Origin: an uncultured Acidobacteriaceae bacterium
Lineage (GTDB): Bacteria > Acidobacteriota > Terriglobia > Terriglobales > Acidobacteriaceae
Length of the DNA stretch: 64,000 bases
Reading direction: 5' to 3'
NCBI GenBank assembly: GCA_963832035.1
Contig: CAWHSK010000001.1
Location: forward strand, 101,185-165,184
The notes below the pieces were generated by a model. The model worked only from the letters and a program-made list of their open reading frames with translations. It made no database searches and was not told the origin of the DNA. Positions 17,925 through 30,612 of this stretch are shown here, piece by piece. Both the position numbers and the translations under genes were made by a program. Position 1 is the first letter of the stretch; every line of letters starts with the position of its first letter.

Positions 17925-18512
17925 TCAATCGGCGGCTTGGACTTTGATGGAAGTGACGTTGCGGACCCAGCGTGCGGGGCGCCGTTCCCCTGAACTGATG
18001 AGTTCGATGGGGCCGTTGTCGGCGAGGGGCTTGCCGTCGACGCTGTCGGCCAGCAGCACGGAGCCCTCGTGCACGTCGGGTGAGACTTCGCCGAGTGAAT
18101 ATACGACCTTGTATCCATCGCGGCCCTCGGCAATCAGGTAGAGGCGGAAATCTTTTCCTTTGAGCTTCTGCGGCACTCCGAGCTCGACGAGCAGCGCCAT
18201 GAGGGGCACTCCGGAGTAGGTTTCCTGTGCCTGGGTGCGCTCGTTGGTCGTCTGAATAGTCTCGTGGGGAAGCTGGGCGAGTTTGGGCGCGGTCCATTCA
18301 GCGGACTTTTTTCCGTAGCTGATTTTCAAGGGGGCGACCATCTCGTCACGATTTTGGTCGGCTTGTTGACGGGTATGTGTTGTGTCCAATGGGCCGGGCG
18401 GGTGAAATGTACGTCCTCCTGGTCCCATATCGGGGTTGTCAGGGAGCTGGCAGAATGCTGCTGCCGGCACCAACGCCAGCGATAAGATGAGTTTGATGGC
18501 CCTGCGGCGCAT
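17925..18512 (-). CDS. Secreted protein with a molybdopterin-oxidoreductase-like (Oxidored_molyb) domain
   Basis: Signal MRRRAIKLILSLAL; YSGVPLMALL, AEGRDGYKVVYSLGE, LADSVDGKPL..GP and RWVRNV pattern; no catalytic Cys apparent. Confidence 0.65.
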   Translation of the reverse strand: MRRRAIKLILSLALVPAAAFCQLPDNPDMGPGGRTFHPPGPLDTTHTRQQADQNRDEMVAPLKISYGKKSAEWTAPKLAQLPHETIQTTNERTQAQETYSGVPLMALLVELGVPQKLKGKDFRLYLIAEGRDGYKVVYSLGEVSPDVHEGSVLLADSVDGKPLADNGPIELISSGERRPARWVRNVTSIKVQAAD

Positions 18513-18550
18513 GGGTGGTGGCCTCCAGGCATACATCGTATACTGAGGGC

Positions 18551-19021
18551 ATGTCGGTTGTGCGCAATATTGCAGCCATCGCCAAGGGCATGAGCATCAC
18601 CTTCGGGGAGATGCTGCAGCCCACACAGGTTGAGAACTATCCCGACGGCAAGGGGCCGATGCGGGGCGCTAAGTTTGAGCAGCGCTTTCGCGGTGCGCAC
18701 GTGCTGCAGCGGGATGAAAATGGGCTGGAGAAGTGCGTGGCCTGCTTCCTGTGCGCGGCGGCCTGCCCAGCGAATTGCATTTTTATCGAGGCGGCCGAGA
18801 ATACCGAGGAGATTCGGATCTCGTCGTCGGAGCGGTATGCGAAGGTCTACAACATCGACTACAACCGGTGCATTTTTTGCGGGTATTGCGTGGAAGCCTG
18901 CCCAACGGACGCCATTACGCATGGCCATGGGTTTGAACTGGCCAGCCTGAATGCGACGAACCTGGTGATGCGCAAGGAAGACATGCTGCTGCCGGTGAGT
19001 GCGATCGCGACGGCGAAGTAG
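18551..19021 (+). CDS. nuoI: NADH-quinone oxidoreductase subunit I (orphan copy)
   Basis: RFRGAHVL, CVACFLCAAACP and CIFCGYCVEACP (two 4Fe-4S clusters); GAGG RBS before 18551. Confidence 0.92.
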   Translation: MSVVRNIAAIAKGMSITFGEMLQPTQVENYPDGKGPMRGAKFEQRFRGAHVLQRDENGLEKCVACFLCAAACPANCIFIEAAENTEEIRISSSERYAKVYNIDYNRCIFCGYCVEACPTDAITHGHGFELASLNATNLVMRKEDMLLPVSAIATAK

Positions 19022-19174
19022 GGGCTCCGCCGTTTCGCCCCTTGGGGTACGCCGTATCAATCGCTCGTGCGGCATTTCAGGCCTTTAATCTCCCGATCCA
19101 ATCCCAAATTGTTTCTGTTCCGTGCTTCGGGCCGACGTTCTGGTCCGTAAGCCTCTTACAATCATCAAAGAGAT

Positions 19175-20307
19175 ATGACGACGACACACGAACATCCCCT
19201 GTTGGAGATTCTCAAGAACCGCATTGCCATTATTGATGGCGCGATGGGTACGACCATCCGCACCTATGGCATGACCGAAGCAGACATCCGCGGCGAGCGC
19301 TTCAAGGACGCCAAGAAGGACCTCAAGAATAATGGCGACCTGTTCGTGTTGACGCAGCCGGAGATGATTGGCGACATTCATCGGCGGTTTTTGGAGGCGG
19401 GGGCGGACATCATCGAGACCAATACGTTTGGCGCGACGACTATTTCGCAGAGCGAGTTCTTTGTCGACGATCCGCGGGAGCATGGGGGTCGGAAGGATCC
19501 GGAGTTCTATCAGAAGATTATCGACGATCCGTTTTTGAAGGGCCTGGCGTGGGAGATCAACGAGGTTTCGGCGAGGATTTGTCGGGAGTGGGCTGACAAG
19601 GTTGGCAGGGAGACGGGGAAGCCGCGGTTTGTTGCGGGATCGATTGGGCCGCTGACAGTGTCGTTGTCGAATTCGCCGGACGCGAATGATCCGGGGTTCC
19701 GGTCGGTGACGTTCGACCAGGTGAAGACGGCGTATGCAGAGCAGGTGCGGGCGCTGATTGCGGGCGGAGTTGATTTTCTGCTGGTGGAGACGATCTTCGA
19801 TTCGTTGAATGCCAAGGCGGCGCTGGTGGCGATTCGCGAGGTGTTCGACGAGGATGGTGTTGAGTTGCCGGTGATGATTTCGGCGGCGGTAGGGCGCGGC
19901 GGAGAGACGTTGATTTCGGCGCAGACCACCGAGGCATTCTGGAACGCGGTGGAGCATGTGAAGCCTCTGTCGGTGGGATTGAACTGTTCGCTGGGGCCGG
20001 ATCTGATGTATCCGTTTCTGTCGGAATTGTCGGAAAAGGCGAACGTGGCGATTTCGTGCTATCCGAATGCGGGGCTGCCGAATCCGCTGTCGCCGACTGG
20101 GTTCGATCTGGGGCCGGAGGATATGGCGCGTTATCTGAGCGAATTTGCGAAGGCGGGACTGATCAACATTGCTGGCGGGTGCTGCGGGAATACGCCGGAG
20201 CATATTGCGGCGATTGCGAAGGCGCTGGAGGGGTTGCCGCCGCGAGAACTGAAGCGGGATGTGGATGCAGGCGAGGATGTGGACGCCGGCGTGAGTGAGG
20301 TTAGTCG

Positions 20308-20311
<4 letters not shown>
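19175..20311 (+). CDS. metH: B12-dependent methionine synthase, homocysteine-binding module (split metH, part 1)
   Basis: [23 protein letters not shown] and GGCCG zinc-ligand motifs; stops after this domain. Confidence 0.92.
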
Positions 20312-22998
<2,687 letters not shown>

Positions 22999-23192
22999 CG
23001 CCATACCACGCGAAATGCAATCGGTTGCCGTGAAGGAATACGCGTAGGCTGGGCGTTGATTTTCCTGAGCTAATGTGCCCGAAGTCACATTCAGAGATGC
23101 TTTCAATGATTGACCCTTTCAGACACGAGTGTTTTGATGTTGGGCGGGAATATTTTCCCGCCGATTCGTCGTTTTGATGAGGGAGTGACCAC

Positions 23193-24344
23193 GTGGGGAT
23201 GAGGCCTGACATGTTTGCAGCTTTATTTTTGGCGAGTGCTTTGGTTTGCGGTTGTGGTGGAGGGGGCGGCGGCAGAACGAGCAGTGGAGGTGGTGGCGGA
23301 ACGACAGCCACGCCGGCCGCGACGCCGACGATATCTTCCGTGCCGGTGCAGAACGGTGCAGCGATTGTCACTCTGGCCGATATCACTGGCACTGCGACGA
23401 TCTACTACACCACGGACGGATCGACGCCGACAACCACGTCCATGGTTTACTATGCGCCCTTTCTCGTTTCGTCGAATCTGACAGTCAAGGCCCTGGCGGT
23501 CGCCTCGGGATACTCGAACAGCACCGTGGCCTCGCAGAGTTTCAGCCCGAACATCGCATCAGGCACGCTGGTCTGGAGCGATGAGTTTACGAGACCAGGT
23601 CTTTTGAACTGGCTTCCGAGTTCGACGACGTGGACGTATGACACCGGATTCCGGTGCTGCGGGAACAACGAGCTCGAGACCTACTGCGCTGCGGATTCCT
23701 CGACTGCGCCATGCTCAGGTTCGAATACTTATATCGATGAATCGGGAATTCTCCACATTGTTGCCGTGAATCCTTCGGGAACGACGTACACTTCGGCCCG
23801 CATGAAAACTCAGGGACTCTTCAGCTTCATGTACGGGCGCATCGAGGCGCGGATGAAGCTGCCGGAGAGCCAGGGCATGTGGCCCGCCTTTTGGCTATTG
23901 GGCAACAACATTACGAAGGTGAGCTGGCCGGCGTGCGGCGAGCTTGACGTGATGGAACATATCAACGGCAACAATTCTCCGATGTCTGTTGGAGGCACGC
24001 CGCCGGGGTATGACTGGATTGCGGGGTCGGTGCACGGAGGAACCAGCGCGAGCGAAGCAAACGGAACGCAGCAATACCATCCAGCCGGTTTTCTGGCGAG
24101 CGACTGGCATACGTACGGCATGATCTGGAGCAAGGGGCAGGTGCAGTTTTACGTGGACGATCCGGCGAATGTTTATGCCACGTTTACGCCAGCGAACTTC
24201 CCGGGCACATGGCCGTTCGACCAGGGGCCGCAGTTCATTATTTTGAATTTGGCGGTGGGGGGCGACTGGCCGGGGAATGTGAACGGGACGACGGTTTTCC
24301 CGGGAGATATGCAGGTGGACTACGTGAGGATTTACACGAACTGA
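23193..24344 (+). CDS. Lipoprotein: chitobiase/FN3-like domain plus GH16 beta-glucanase
   Basis: LVCGC lipobox and poly-Gly linker; IYYTTDGSTP domain; WSDEF, MWPAFWLLG and ELDVMEH catalytic motif. Confidence 0.9.
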   Translation: MGMRPDMFAALFLASALVCGCGGGGGGRTSSGGGGGTTATPAATPTISSVPVQNGAAIVTLADITGTATIYYTTDGSTPTTTSMVYYAPFLVSSNLTVKALAVASGYSNSTVASQSFSPNIASGTLVWSDEFTRPGLLNWLPSSTTWTYDTGFRCCGNNELETYCAADSSTAPCSGSNTYIDESGILHIVAVNPSGTTYTSARMKTQGLFSFMYGRIEARMKLPESQGMWPAFWLLGNNITKVSWPACGELDVMEHINGNNSPMSVGGTPPGYDWIAGSVHGGTSASEANGTQQYHPAGFLASDWHTYGMIWSKGQVQFYVDDPANVYATFTPANFPGTWPFDQGPQFIILNLAVGGDWPGNVNGTTVFPGDMQVDYVRIYTN

Positions 24345-24481
24345 GGCTCTCCTCAAAAACGTCTAAACAGAGTGGGCCCGTCAGCCGTTGTGCTGGCGAG
24401 CCTGCTTCATTTTGGGTGCCGGTTCAAAAGTCGCTGACAACGCGATGCATGGATGACCGCCGGTGGTATGATCCCGACGAG

Positions 24482-26494
24482 ATGCGACGCACATTTGCTA
24501 TACCTCACTTCGTTTGCATCGTTGATGTGCGCTTTTCGCCTGTGGCGCAGGAATCCAGCTACGGCGGAGATTCAGGTGAAATCGCCGATGGGCAGATTGT
24601 CTTTCTGCTTTCCGACGCGCCGAAGAGTCAAGCGACGGGACATCGAACAGCGAGCATCCATTACTCTGTGATTTCCACGGCAAACTGCTTGTGGACGACA
24701 GCGTGCTTGGGCTGAAGCTGCAGGGGCAGGCGGCGCTCGGACCGGGAATGCGCAAGGCTGAACGTACGGACAAGCGAGCACGATGAGACGTATACCATTC
24801 CGGTCGGCAAGACGAGTACGGTGCGGGATCACTACAACTCAACGGTTGTGGACTTTGAGGATGCGTCGGGACGAAAGCTCTCGATTGAGATTCGAGCGTA
24901 TGACGATGGCGTGGCGTTCCGGTACATCGTGCCCGTGCAGCCAAGCCTGAGCAAAGTGCGCATTGAACGGGAGTTGACCGAGTTCTCTTTCGCCAAGGAT
25001 GCGACGCTCTACCCGCTCGTCGTAGATGGTTTTCAATCGTCGTACGAGGATGATTACCAGATGCGACCTGTGAGCGGTATACATCGCGATTGGCTCATTG
25101 CGTTGCCTCTTTTGGCGGAGGTTCCGGGAACTGGCTGGGTTGCGGTTACGGAAGCCGATATCGAGAACTACGCTGGGATGTATCTGCGCAAGGCAGACGC
25201 TCGTTTCGGCTTGCGGGCGGAGCTTTCGCCGCGAATTGGTAAGCAGGGAATCGCCGTGGAGGCCAACGCTCCGGTTACAACGCCATGGCGTGTTCTGATG
25301 ATTGGCGACGAGCCGGGGCGACTGATCGAGTCGAATATCGTGCTCAACCTCAATCCTCCATCGAAGATTGCCGACACCTCGTGGATTCGTGCGGGTAAGT
25401 CGGCGTGGGACTGGTGGTCGGGCGAGGCTGCACCCAGCATGAGCACGACGCCGGGAATGAATACGGCGACGATGAAGCACTACATCGACTTTGCTTCGGA
25501 GTCGGGATTCCCGTACATGCTGATCGATGCGGGGTGGGCGCAGGCAAACCGCAAAGGGCCTGACGATTACGCCGCAGTTGCCGACATCACCAAGGTGGAT
25601 CCGAACATAGATATGGCGGAGTTACTGACCTATGCGAAGGAGAAGCATGTTGGCATCTGGCTCTGGTCGCACTGGACATCCGTGGATAAGTACATGGACC
25701 AGGCCTTTCCGTTGTTCGAGAAATGGGGAGTGGCCGGCGTAAAAATCGACTTCATGAATCGCGATGACCAGGAGATGGTGGCTTGGTATCGGCATGTTGC
25801 GGAGACTGCCGCGGCGCATCACCTGATGCTTGATTTTCACGGGGCATTCAAGCCGGACGGTCTGCGGCGGACCTGGCCCAACGTGATGACACGCGAAGGC
25901 GTGATGGGCAAAGAGTATCTAAAGTGGAGTGCGCGGACTTCTCCAGTGCACAACACGACGCTGCCGTTTACAAGGATGCTTGCCGGACCGATGGACTACA
26001 CGCCGGGTGCGTTTGGAAACAGCAACCGGGAGAATTTTGTTGCGCGGAACTTAATGCCGATGGGGCTCGGAACCCGCGCACACGAGCTGGCACTGTACGT
26101 TGTGGTGGAGAGCCCCCTGGAGATGGTGTCGGATTATCCGGAGCATTACCAGGGGCAGCACGATTTCGAGTTCATCCGGCAGGTTCCGACCACATGGGAT
26201 GAGGTGCGCGTGATCGCGGGACGGCCTATGGAGAACGTCACGATCGCGCGGCGGAGCGGGAAGGACTGGTATGTCGGGTCGATAACTAATTGGGATCCGC
26301 GGACGGTGAAGGTGCCGCTGGACTTCCTGGGTGAAGGGAAGTACATATCGGAGATTTACGCCGACGCGGCGGATGCGGGGACGAACGCGACGCACACCGA
26401 GTTTTCGAAGCAGGAAGTGGATCGGAATACGGTGATGGAGGTGCGGATGGTTTCGGGCGGAGGGAACGCGGTTTGGATCCATCCGCAGCCGTGA
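24482..26494 (+). CDS. Glycoside hydrolase family 97 with apparent frameshifts in the first 300 nt (sequencing error or pseudogene)
   Basis: RAYDDGVAFRY, GKSAWDWW, YMLIDAGW, GVKIDF, TREGVMGKE and GPMDYTPG; in-frame TGA at 24713 while the next frame reads DFHGKLLVDDSVLGLKL, which fits the GH97 N-terminus. Confidence 0.85.
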
Positions 26495-26553
26495 AAGGTG
26501 CGACACTCTAAAGGCGCCCAAATCTACAGGAGGCTGTTCAGCACGGGATCGAG

Positions 26554-26591
26554 ACTCACTCATCTCTATGAAACCGCGATGAATGGGGCAC
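26554..26591 (+). repeat. Degenerate REP family A copy
   Basis: ACTCACTCATC...GATGAATGGGGCAC resembles the family A ends. Confidence 0.5.
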
Positions 26592-26711
26592 AGACTTCGA
26601 TCCGCCCAATCGCTGACAAGTAAAGAATTGGAGTACGCCGCCAGCATTCGCCTTTCCCGCCTCAAATTCGTCCATTCAAACGGTTTTGCCGTCCGTTCGC
26701 TGTCTTGCCAC

Positions 26712-26740
26712 TTGCGGGCGCAACGGGGCTGTGATACAAA
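26712..26740 (+). promoter_or_regulatory. Probable sigma70 promoter driving the riboswitch leader
   Basis: TTGCGG-17 nt-TACAAA with an extended -10 TG, about 40 nt upstream of the riboswitch. Confidence 0.45.
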
Positions 26741-26777
26741 CTAAGCATTCAAGTTTGCCCCCAAAGGGCAAGCCTGA

Positions 26778-26885
26778 GTTTCATGCAGAGTGGCTGAGGG
26801 ACGAGCCCTGTGACGCCACGACAACCTGCCCGCGCAAAACGGGAGTATGGTGTCAACTCTTGCCCGGAGACGGGGAACATGAGAT
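26778..26885 (+). ncRNA. SAM-I (S-box) riboswitch
   Basis: TTTCATGCAGAGTGGCTGAGGGACGAGCCCTGTGACGCCACGACAACC...GGTGTCAACTC...AACATGAGA follows the S-box layout (AGAG, GAGGGA kink-turn, GCCC, CAACC, GGTGYYAA, closing P1 TCATG/CATGA). Confidence 0.88.
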
Positions 26886-27014
26886 TCGGGGGTTGCTTCA
26901 GCACTCTTTGCTTGAGCAGCTTCGCAGGCAGTTTCGAGTCAATTCACGTTCTTTCATTCCTGGGCACGTCACGCGCTCGCGTTCTTCGTGTCACTCGCAT
27001 ACAGCGAGGGACCT

Positions 27015-28306
27015 TTGACGACTGCGTATTGGTTGCGATGTCGGGAATGCGGCAAGACCTATGGTCATCAGCCGCTTTCGATCTGCGATGAGTGCTTTTC
27101 CCCGCTCGAAGTGACCTACGACTTCGAGTATGCCCGCACCCGCTTTACCCGCGAGACAATCTCCCAGGGCCCGCTGGATATGTGGCGTTATCGTGCGCTG
27201 CTGCCGGTTGCGGACAGCTACGTTCCGCAGACGCCGTCGGGGTTGACGCCGCTGGTGAAGGCTCCGCGGCTGGGCGCGCAGTTTGGCGCGACGCAATCTG
27301 TACATCAAGAATGATGCCGTATGCATGCCTACGCTGAGCTTCAAGGATCGCGTCGTGGCAGTGGCGCTGGCGAATGCGCAGGATTTCGGATTCGATACGG
27401 TTGGGTGCTCATCGACGGGGAACCTGGCGAACGCTGTTGCGGCGCATGCGGCGCGACTGGGGTTGAAGACGTTCATCCTGGTTCCGGCGGATCTGGAGCC
27501 AGCGAAGATTCTGAACACCCAGGTGTATGGGGCGACGCTGGTGCGCGTGGATGGCAACTACGACCATGTGAATCGGCTGTGCTCGCAGATTGCGGATCGA
27601 TATAACTGGGGATTTGTGAACGTGAACCTGCGGCCTTACTACGCCGAGGGTTCGAAGACGGTGGGGTTCGAGATCGCGGAGCAGCTTGGGTGGCGGCTGC
27701 CGGACAACGTGGTGGTGCCGATGGCGGGCGGTTCGCTGATTACGAAGATCAAGAAGGCATTCAACGAACTGATTGAACTTGGGCTTGTGGATGAGAAGCC
27801 GGTGCGGTTCTTCGGGGCGCAGGCAACAGGATGCTCGCCGATTGCGAAGGCTGTGAAGAACGGGACCGACGTGATTGAGCCGCAGCGGCCGAACACGATT
27901 GCGCGATCGCTGGCGATTGGGAATCCGGCGGATGGTATTTATGCGTCGCGCGTGATTCGCGGGACGGGCGGCTGGGCTGAAGATGTGTCGGACGTGGAGA
28001 TTGTGTCGGCGATCCAGGAACTCGCGGAGACTGAGGGCATCTTTACGGAGACGGCGGGTGGCGTGACGACGGCAGTGACGGCGCGGTTGTATGCGCATGG
28101 ACGCATTAAGCCGGACGAATTGACGGTCAGCTGCATTACCGGAAATGGCTTGAAGACGACGGATTGCCTGGACGGCGCATACGAACAGAGAGCGGCGATT
28201 CGTCCGCGGCTCACAGATTTTGAGAACTTCGTGGAAGAACGCAACGCAGCGAACCCTGCAAACTATCAGGCCCTGAGCCTGGCGGGAGAATCCGATGGCC
28301 TGTTAG
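27015..28306 (+). CDS. Threonine-synthase-like PLP enzyme (fold type II), interrupted by two apparent single-base frameshifts
   Basis: CRECG...CDECFSPL N-terminal zinc ribbon, PTLSFKDR (PLP Lys), SSTGNLA, PMAGGSL and TGNGLKT; TTG start with GAGGGA RBS; frame change near 27290; natural stop restored at 28304-28306 if one C near 28300 is removed. Confidence 0.85.
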
Positions 28307-28571
28307 AGTTTTATTGCCGAACGCATTTCAGAAACACACCAACAACGTGCGCGAGATTTCGAGTACTGCGTCGAATCTTCCGGAACTTGTTACCGATATC
28401 GAGGGTCGTTTTCCCGCGCTGCGGCAACATCTGCGAGGAGAAGATGGGCAGGTGCGGCGGTTTATCAACTTCTATGTCAATGAGGAAGATATCCGCTTCC
28501 TTGGGAATGACAAATATAACTTCCAGGAAGGCGATGAGGTGCTGGTTATTCCTTCGATTGCCGGGGGTTGA
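28295..28571 (+). CDS. MoaD/ThiS/CysO-family ubiquitin-like sulfur carrier protein
   Basis: FINFYVNEEDIRFL...EGDEVLVIPSIAGG with terminal Gly-Gly; the ATG at 28295 comes into frame (MAVRVLLPNAF) after removing one C. Confidence 0.9.
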
Positions 28572-28702
28572 GTATAAGTAGGTGAGATACATCACATAAG
28601 TCGACTTAAGAGCCTACCTAATCGGCGGGCTCCTTTGTTACTAAGTCATGAATTGATTATTTGCACTACATTCGCAACTGATTTACTTTCCTCTTACAAT
28701 TT

Positions 28703-29614
28703 GTGCCGGATAATACTCCCGTGATTGCGCAAGCAGGGCAGAAGGCTCCGTTCGCACTGTTACCTCCTACCACCGTTCCGGTGGAAGCTCCCAAATCAGT
28801 TTTGCTCGCAACCGGTTCCGTATCTGCGGAGAGGCCGCGTATTCATGCGGAGGTGGGGCGCTACCGGCTGCGACTGGCGCGGAGCACAGAAGATCGCGAA
28901 GCCGCGTACCGGCTGCGTTTCAAGGTCTTCAACATTGAATTGGGCGAAGGCCTGGAGCGTTCGTACCGGACGGGAATTGATACGGATCACTTCGATGTCT
29001 TCTGCGAGCACCTGCTGGTTGAGGACAAGACCGATGGCCGCGTTGTGGGCACTTATCGAATGCAATCAGGAAGTATCGCTCAAAGGAACCTTGGCTATTA
29101 TTCGGAACAGGAATTTGAGTTTGCGCCTTATGAGCCTCTGCGCCGCGACATATTGGAACTCGGGCGCGCATCTATCGATCGTGAGCATCGCACTCCAGAA
29201 GTACTTACTTTGTTATGGCGGGGCATTGCGCAGTATGCTCATGACATGGGGCTTCGTTACTTGCTTGGTTGTTCGTCTTTGAATTCCAAGGATCCGGGCC
29301 GGGGCTGGCAGATGTATCGCGAACTCGATCGGTACCGTGTTTCGCCGGAATTCGAGACGATGCCGACCGGAGCTTACGAATGTCCCAGCGAACATGCGGG
29401 TGTGGTGACACAGCTATCATCGGACCCGTGCAATCAGTCTGAGCTACCGAAGGTGCCCAAGCTATTGAAAACCTATTTGACGATTGGCGCGCGTATTTGC
29501 GCTCCGCCGGCATGGGACCGCGAGTTTGGCACGATTGATTTTCTTACTCTGCTCGATTTGAAGATGCTGTCGCAGGCGGCGCGCAATCGGTTTCTGGCGC
29601 CGTTGACGCAATGA
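28703..29614 (+). CDS. GNAT N-acyltransferase, OlsB-like (ornithine lipid synthesis)
   Basis: AYRLRFKVF, DTDHFDVFCEHLLV, VVGTYRM, LELGRASI, YLLGCSSL and PAWDREFGTIDF pattern of the Acetyltransf_5/OlsB family. Confidence 0.8.
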   Translation: MPDNTPVIAQAGQKAPFALLPPTTVPVEAPKSVLLATGSVSAERPRIHAEVGRYRLRLARSTEDREAAYRLRFKVFNIELGEGLERSYRTGIDTDHFDVFCEHLLVEDKTDGRVVGTYRMQSGSIAQRNLGYYSEQEFEFAPYEPLRRDILELGRASIDREHRTPEVLTLLWRGIAQYAHDMGLRYLLGCSSLNSKDPGRGWQMYRELDRYRVSPEFETMPTGAYECPSEHAGVVTQLSSDPCNQSELPKVPKLLKTYLTIGARICAPPAWDREFGTIDFLTLLDLKMLSQAARNRFLAPLTQ

Positions 29615-30375
29615 ACCTTCGAAGGATCTGGCGCGCTGTGGCGCTGTTTCTTGCTTTCTCAGTGAGCCTTCTGAACCTGTTACTGGTGCGCTTGAGTGGC
29701 CGCTTCACACTGGAGCGTCGCGCGCTTTGGATTCAAGCGACTGCACGGCGAGTGATGTCGGCTTTAGGGCTTCGCGTCAGGATCAAGGGCCATCCGCCGA
29801 CACGCGGTCTTCTTGTCTCTAATCACCTTAGCTATCTCGATGTCGTGGTTTATGCCGCGATTGTACCGAGCAGCATGGTGGCAAAGGCCGAAATCGGCGG
29901 TTGGCTCTTGTTTGGCATGATGGCTCGCGCCAGTGGAGCGCTTTTTGTAGACCGGTCGAGTCGATCCAGCGCGCTTGCCGTGACTGAGCAGGTCGCGGAA
30001 AGACTAGGCGGGCCGATCCCGGTTTTCTTTTTTCCGGAGGGCACCAGTACGGACGACAGCGAAGTGCTGCGCTTTCACTCAAGACTCTTCACGCCAGCGG
30101 TTGAAGCAGGAGCGCCAGTGACGGCGGCATCGATTCGCTACGTAGCCGAAGATGGCACACCCGAAAAGGATCTGTGCTGGTTTGGAGACACGCTGCTGCT
30201 CCCACATGTCTGGAAGGCGCTCGGGGTGTCCGGTTTGTTCGCCGAGGTTCATTTCGGTGAGCCAAAGGTTTACTCTCACCGCCGTGCCGCAGCCAACGAA
30301 ACCCGCAATGAGATCGTCGCTATGCGTGAGGGGTCGTTGGTCCGCGAAGAGGTGGAGATGTTGCAGGCGGTCTAG
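29611..30375 (+). CDS. Lysophospholipid acyltransferase (PlsC/OlsA-like)
   Basis: NHLSYLD (HX4D), FVDR and FFPEGTS motifs; ATGA overlap with the GNAT gene. Confidence 0.88.
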   Translation: MNLRRIWRAVALFLAFSVSLLNLLLVRLSGRFTLERRALWIQATARRVMSALGLRVRIKGHPPTRGLLVSNHLSYLDVVVYAAIVPSSMVAKAEIGGWLLFGMMARASGALFVDRSSRSSALAVTEQVAERLGGPIPVFFFPEGTSTDDSEVLRFHSRLFTPAVEAGAPVTAASIRYVAEDGTPEKDLCWFGDTLLLPHVWKALGVSGLFAEVHFGEPKVYSHRRAAANETRNEIVAMREGSLVREEVEMLQAV

Positions 30376-30395
30376 AGGTGTGGCTGATGGTCCTT

Positions 30396-30560
30396 GCGCG
30401 ACGGAACTTCCCTCAGAAATGCTCCCATGGAGCGTTGCAATGAGAACGACCAGGGCGAAAGCCCGCCGACTCTCTTGGCTGTTGTTCCTGGGTCTGAAGC
30501 GCCACGCTCCCTCCGGACGATGATTTCGTGCGTTTTCCGCAGTCTGTAAAGTCGTGCGCC
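30396..30560 (+). repeat. MITE-like element (family C), diverged copy
   Basis: GGAGCG..AATGAGAA..GGGCGAAAGCCC...GGGTCTGAAGCGCCACGCTCCCTCC...TTTTCCGCAGTCTGTAAAGTCGTGC is collinear with 31832-31996. Confidence 0.7.
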
Positions 30561-30612
30561 TTCAGACTTTCCTGGGAGCCCTATACTTGGCATGAAAGCG
30601 AGAAGGCTGAGT

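Noticed and set aside
19022-19174. Cobalamin or SAM riboswitch upstream of metH
   Set aside because: No B12-box or S-box core motifs were recognisable in the 150-nt gap
27280-27300. Programmed ribosomal frameshift in the thrC-like gene
   Set aside because: No slippery heptamer or stimulatory structure seen, and neighbouring genes show similar indels
28307-28581. C-terminal extension of the 432-aa ORF 27283-28581 (apparent long thrC)
   Set aside because: Nonsense sequence overlapping the sulfur-carrier gene; it disappears when one C near 28300 is removed
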